Assembly (NCBI GenBank): GCA_016180285.1 | Contig: JACPBO010000002.1 | Span: forward strand, 15,570 to 79,569 | DNA from: Candidatus Woesearchaeota archaeon | GTDB taxonomy: Archaea > Nanobdellota > Nanobdellia > Woesearchaeales > JACPBO01 | DNA: 64,000 bases | Direction of reading: 5' to 3' | Shown: one piece after another, positions 62,224 through 64,000 of the stretch | Layout of the letters: every line of letters begins with the position of its first letter | Numbering within the stretch: the first letter of the stretch is position 1 | The notes under the pieces: model-generated | The model's input: the letters and a program-made list of their open reading frames with translations, nothing else | What the model was told of the DNA's origin: nothing | Database searches by the model: none | Translations under genes and position numbers: made by a program

Positions 62224-62327
62224 AGCTAAGAATAAACAGAAGATTATTATTTTTGCGTTTGCTTTTGGTATTATGTGCTTGATTACGATTTTAATACTTA
62301 TGATTTAAGTCTTTAAAAAGATTTCTT

Positions 62328-63218
62328 ATGGAAATCGTATTTTTAGGGACATCCTGCATGGTGCCGACCAAGGAAAGGAATCACAGCGCGCTTCTGCTTA
62401 CTTACAAGAACGAAGGCATTTTAGTTGACTGCGGAGAGGGAACGCAAAGGCAGCTGAGAATAGCAGACATCAGGCCCACAAGAATTACGAAGATACTGAT
62501 AAGCCACTGGCACGGAGATCATGTTCTTGGTCTTCCGGGCTTACTGCAGACATTGAGCGCAAGCGGGTATCCTGGAACACTGGAGATTTACGGGCCAGCA
62601 GGAACAAAAAAACGATTTAAGGCAATGTTTCAGGCTTTTGTCTTTGACTGCAACATAGACTTAAAAATAAGCGAGATAAAGAAAAGAAAATTCTTTGAAA
62701 ATGAGGACTTTTATCTGGAAGCCCTGGAGTTAGAGCACAAAATCAAATCATTCGGCTTTAATTTCATTGAAAAAGACAGGAGAAAAGTTGACATTGCCGC
62801 AGTAAAGAAGCTTGGCATTCCGCAGGGCCCATTAGTTGGAAAGCTGCAGCAGGGAGAGAATATAATCTTCAAAAACAAAAAAATAACTCCAAAAGAAGCA
62901 ACATTCATTGAAAAGGGAAAGAAGATAACAATAATAAATGACACTGTTCTGTGCAAATCCTGCTATGATCTGGCAAAAGACGCTGATTTGCTGATCTGCG
63001 AAGCTGCTTACACTTCAAAACTTGAAGAAAAAGCTCAGGAATACAAGCACCTTACAGCAAAGCAGGCAGCATTATTGGCGGGCAAGTCAAACGTCAAAAA
63101 ACTGATAATAACGCATTTCAGCCAGAGATACAAAACAACAGAAGAGCTGTTTGAAGATGCGAAAGAAGCTTTTGACAATGTTTTGTGCGCGTATGATTTT
63201 ATGAAAGTAGAGATTTAA
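62328..63218 (+). CDS. rnz: Ribonuclease Z (tRNA 3' processing, metallo-beta-lactamase fold)
   Basis: MEIVFLGTSCMVP...ALLL...ILVDCGEGTQRQL...ILISHWHGDHVLGLPGLL (HxHxDH motif); 296 aa. Confidence 0.9.
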   Translation: MEIVFLGTSCMVPTKERNHSALLLTYKNEGILVDCGEGTQRQLRIADIRPTRITKILISHWHGDHVLGLPGLLQTLSASGYPGTLEIYGPAGTKKRFKAMFQAFVFDCNIDLKISEIKKRKFFENEDFYLEALELEHKIKSFGFNFIEKDRRKVDIAAVKKLGIPQGPLVGKLQQGENIIFKNKKITPKEATFIEKGKKITIINDTVLCKSCYDLAKDADLLICEAAYTSKLEEKAQEYKHLTAKQAALLAGKSNVKKLIITHFSQRYKTTEELFEDAKEAFDNVLCAYDFMKVEI

Positions 63219-63237
63219 TATAAGGCGAAAAAATAAT

Positions 63238-63807
63238 ATGGGTATTACAAAAGAACAAACTGGACAAATAGCGCAATTCTGTTTGGATTTGTATAAGAAA
63301 CTAGACTTTGCCCACAATATCGAACATATGGATAGAACTGTTAAAATCGCAGAATTTATTGCCAAAACAGAAAAAGCAGATCTAGAAATAGTCAGACTAG
63401 GGTCGATGGTGCACCAATTTCATGACAATATAGATGAATTAAAAATTTTTTTAAATAAAATAAATCTAAAGCCGGACATGATAAAAAAATTAGTTGAATG
63501 TGCTGAATTTAGGCCATTTAAAGACACATCAAAGAAACAAGCTTCAATAGAAGCCAAAATCGTATTTGACGCTGACGCACTTCAAGCATTAGGCCCCGAA
63601 GGAATCATCAGGGAAATAACTTGCAATATCAAAACAAAAAACAAACCGCTAAATAAAAGCATCCAAGATGCCAGATACATTGAAAATTTGTTCTATAATG
63701 CCTTGCAAACAAAAACAGCAAAGAAAATGATTAAAGAACCTCATGAATTGATGAAAAAATTCTGGTCGGTTTATGATACCTGGGAAGAAATGTTTGCTCA
63801 AAACTAA
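63238..63807 (+). CDS. HD-domain phosphohydrolase
   Basis: FAHNIEHMDRTVKIAEFIA...GSMVHQFHD (H...H...HD metal-binding pattern); 189 aa. Confidence 0.7.
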   Translation: MGITKEQTGQIAQFCLDLYKKLDFAHNIEHMDRTVKIAEFIAKTEKADLEIVRLGSMVHQFHDNIDELKIFLNKINLKPDMIKKLVECAEFRPFKDTSKKQASIEAKIVFDADALQALGPEGIIREITCNIKTKNKPLNKSIQDARYIENLFYNALQTKTAKKMIKEPHELMKKFWSVYDTWEEMFAQN

Positions 63808-63817
63808 GTTCCCTCAA

Positions 63818-64000
63818 CTAAGATTTTGCAGCCAGCTTTATATCGTCTGCCTTTACTGTCCTTCTTCCTGCATGCATTGAAAACTTGATCGCCTGCTGCG
63901 CAATGTCATCAGCGATCTCTTCCAGAACAGCCTTCATTGCAGCCTTCGCCTTGTCAGAAACTCTTTCTGCGCCTGCATTTTTCAGGATCTTCTCCATTGC
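63818..64000 (-). CDS. Archaeal histone (HMf-like), partial (N-terminus beyond window end)
   Basis: Hand translation of minus strand: ...MEKILKNAGAERVSDKAKAAMKAVLEEIADDIAQQAIKFSMHAGRRTVKADDIKLAAKS*; aligns with HMfB IGRIIKDAGAERVSDDA...KLARHAGRKTIKAEDIELA. Confidence 0.8.
   Translation of the reverse strand, partial: AMEKILKNAGAERVSDKAKAAMKAVLEEIADDIAQQAIKFSMHAGRRTVKADDIKLAAKS

Noticed and set aside
1-64000. CRISPR arrays, rRNA genes, transposases/IS elements
   Set aside because: No regularly spaced direct repeats of 25-40 bp, no rRNA-like GC-rich long non-coding stretches, and no DDE/HUH/serine-recombinase-like ORFs were seen. The only mobile-type element is the mcm intein (plus a possible LAGLIDADG-like ORF at 42145..43242).

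Overview
This 64-kb window is AT-rich archaeal chromosome. It encodes TBP, MCM, PolD, Orc1/Cdc6, PAN, FEN-1, aIF2-beta, RNase P Rpp30, tRNA-splicing endonuclease EndA, RNase Z and an archaeal histone. The overall composition (many pilin-like and giant surface proteins, compact overlapping genes, Shine-Dalgarno-like motifs) suggests a small-genome archaeon, possibly DPANN-like; that placement is inference only.

Four regions stand out.

(1) ~1-20.5 kb is a surface-structure island. About 16.7 kb of co-directional, often overlapping minus-strand genes encode several class-III-signal-peptide (type IV pilin-like) proteins, a 1749-aa cysteine-rich N-glycosylated transmembrane adhesin, a PKD-domain protein, a 1008-aa cysteine-rich secreted protein, and membrane proteins that share a conserved cytoplasmic-tail motif. 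A small RHH gene missed by the ORF track sits at its head. A secreted PGAP1-like lipase fused to an FGE-sulfatase domain lies at 1854..3605.

(2) 20.6-43 kb is an informational core. It carries an arsR-iscS-iscU operon next to a tRNA-thiolation PP-loop ATPase, a TBP gene with triple TATA-like repeats, and MCM carrying a 427-aa LAGLIDADG intein. It also carries a co-oriented Orc1/Cdc6, PolD-small, PolD-large cluster. Directly upstream of cdc6 is a predicted oriC with two inverted ORB-like elements flanking a ~90-bp all-AT DUE.

(3) 43.3-55.5 kb holds an ~11.5-kb giant adhesin locus. It appears to be one gene split by a frameshift inside a duplicated repeat, carrying PQQ, LamG, NHL and PGAP1-lipase domains, a C-terminal TM and a coiled-coil tail. 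It is preceded by 17-bp palindromic operators and flanked by two paralogous sigma-70-region-4-like HTH genes.

(4) 55.5-64 kb is housekeeping: a canonical archaeal pilin with two paralogous small membrane proteins, Trm5, FEN-1, EndA, RNase Z, an HD hydrolase and the histone.

I found no rRNA, tRNA, CRISPR array or transposase.
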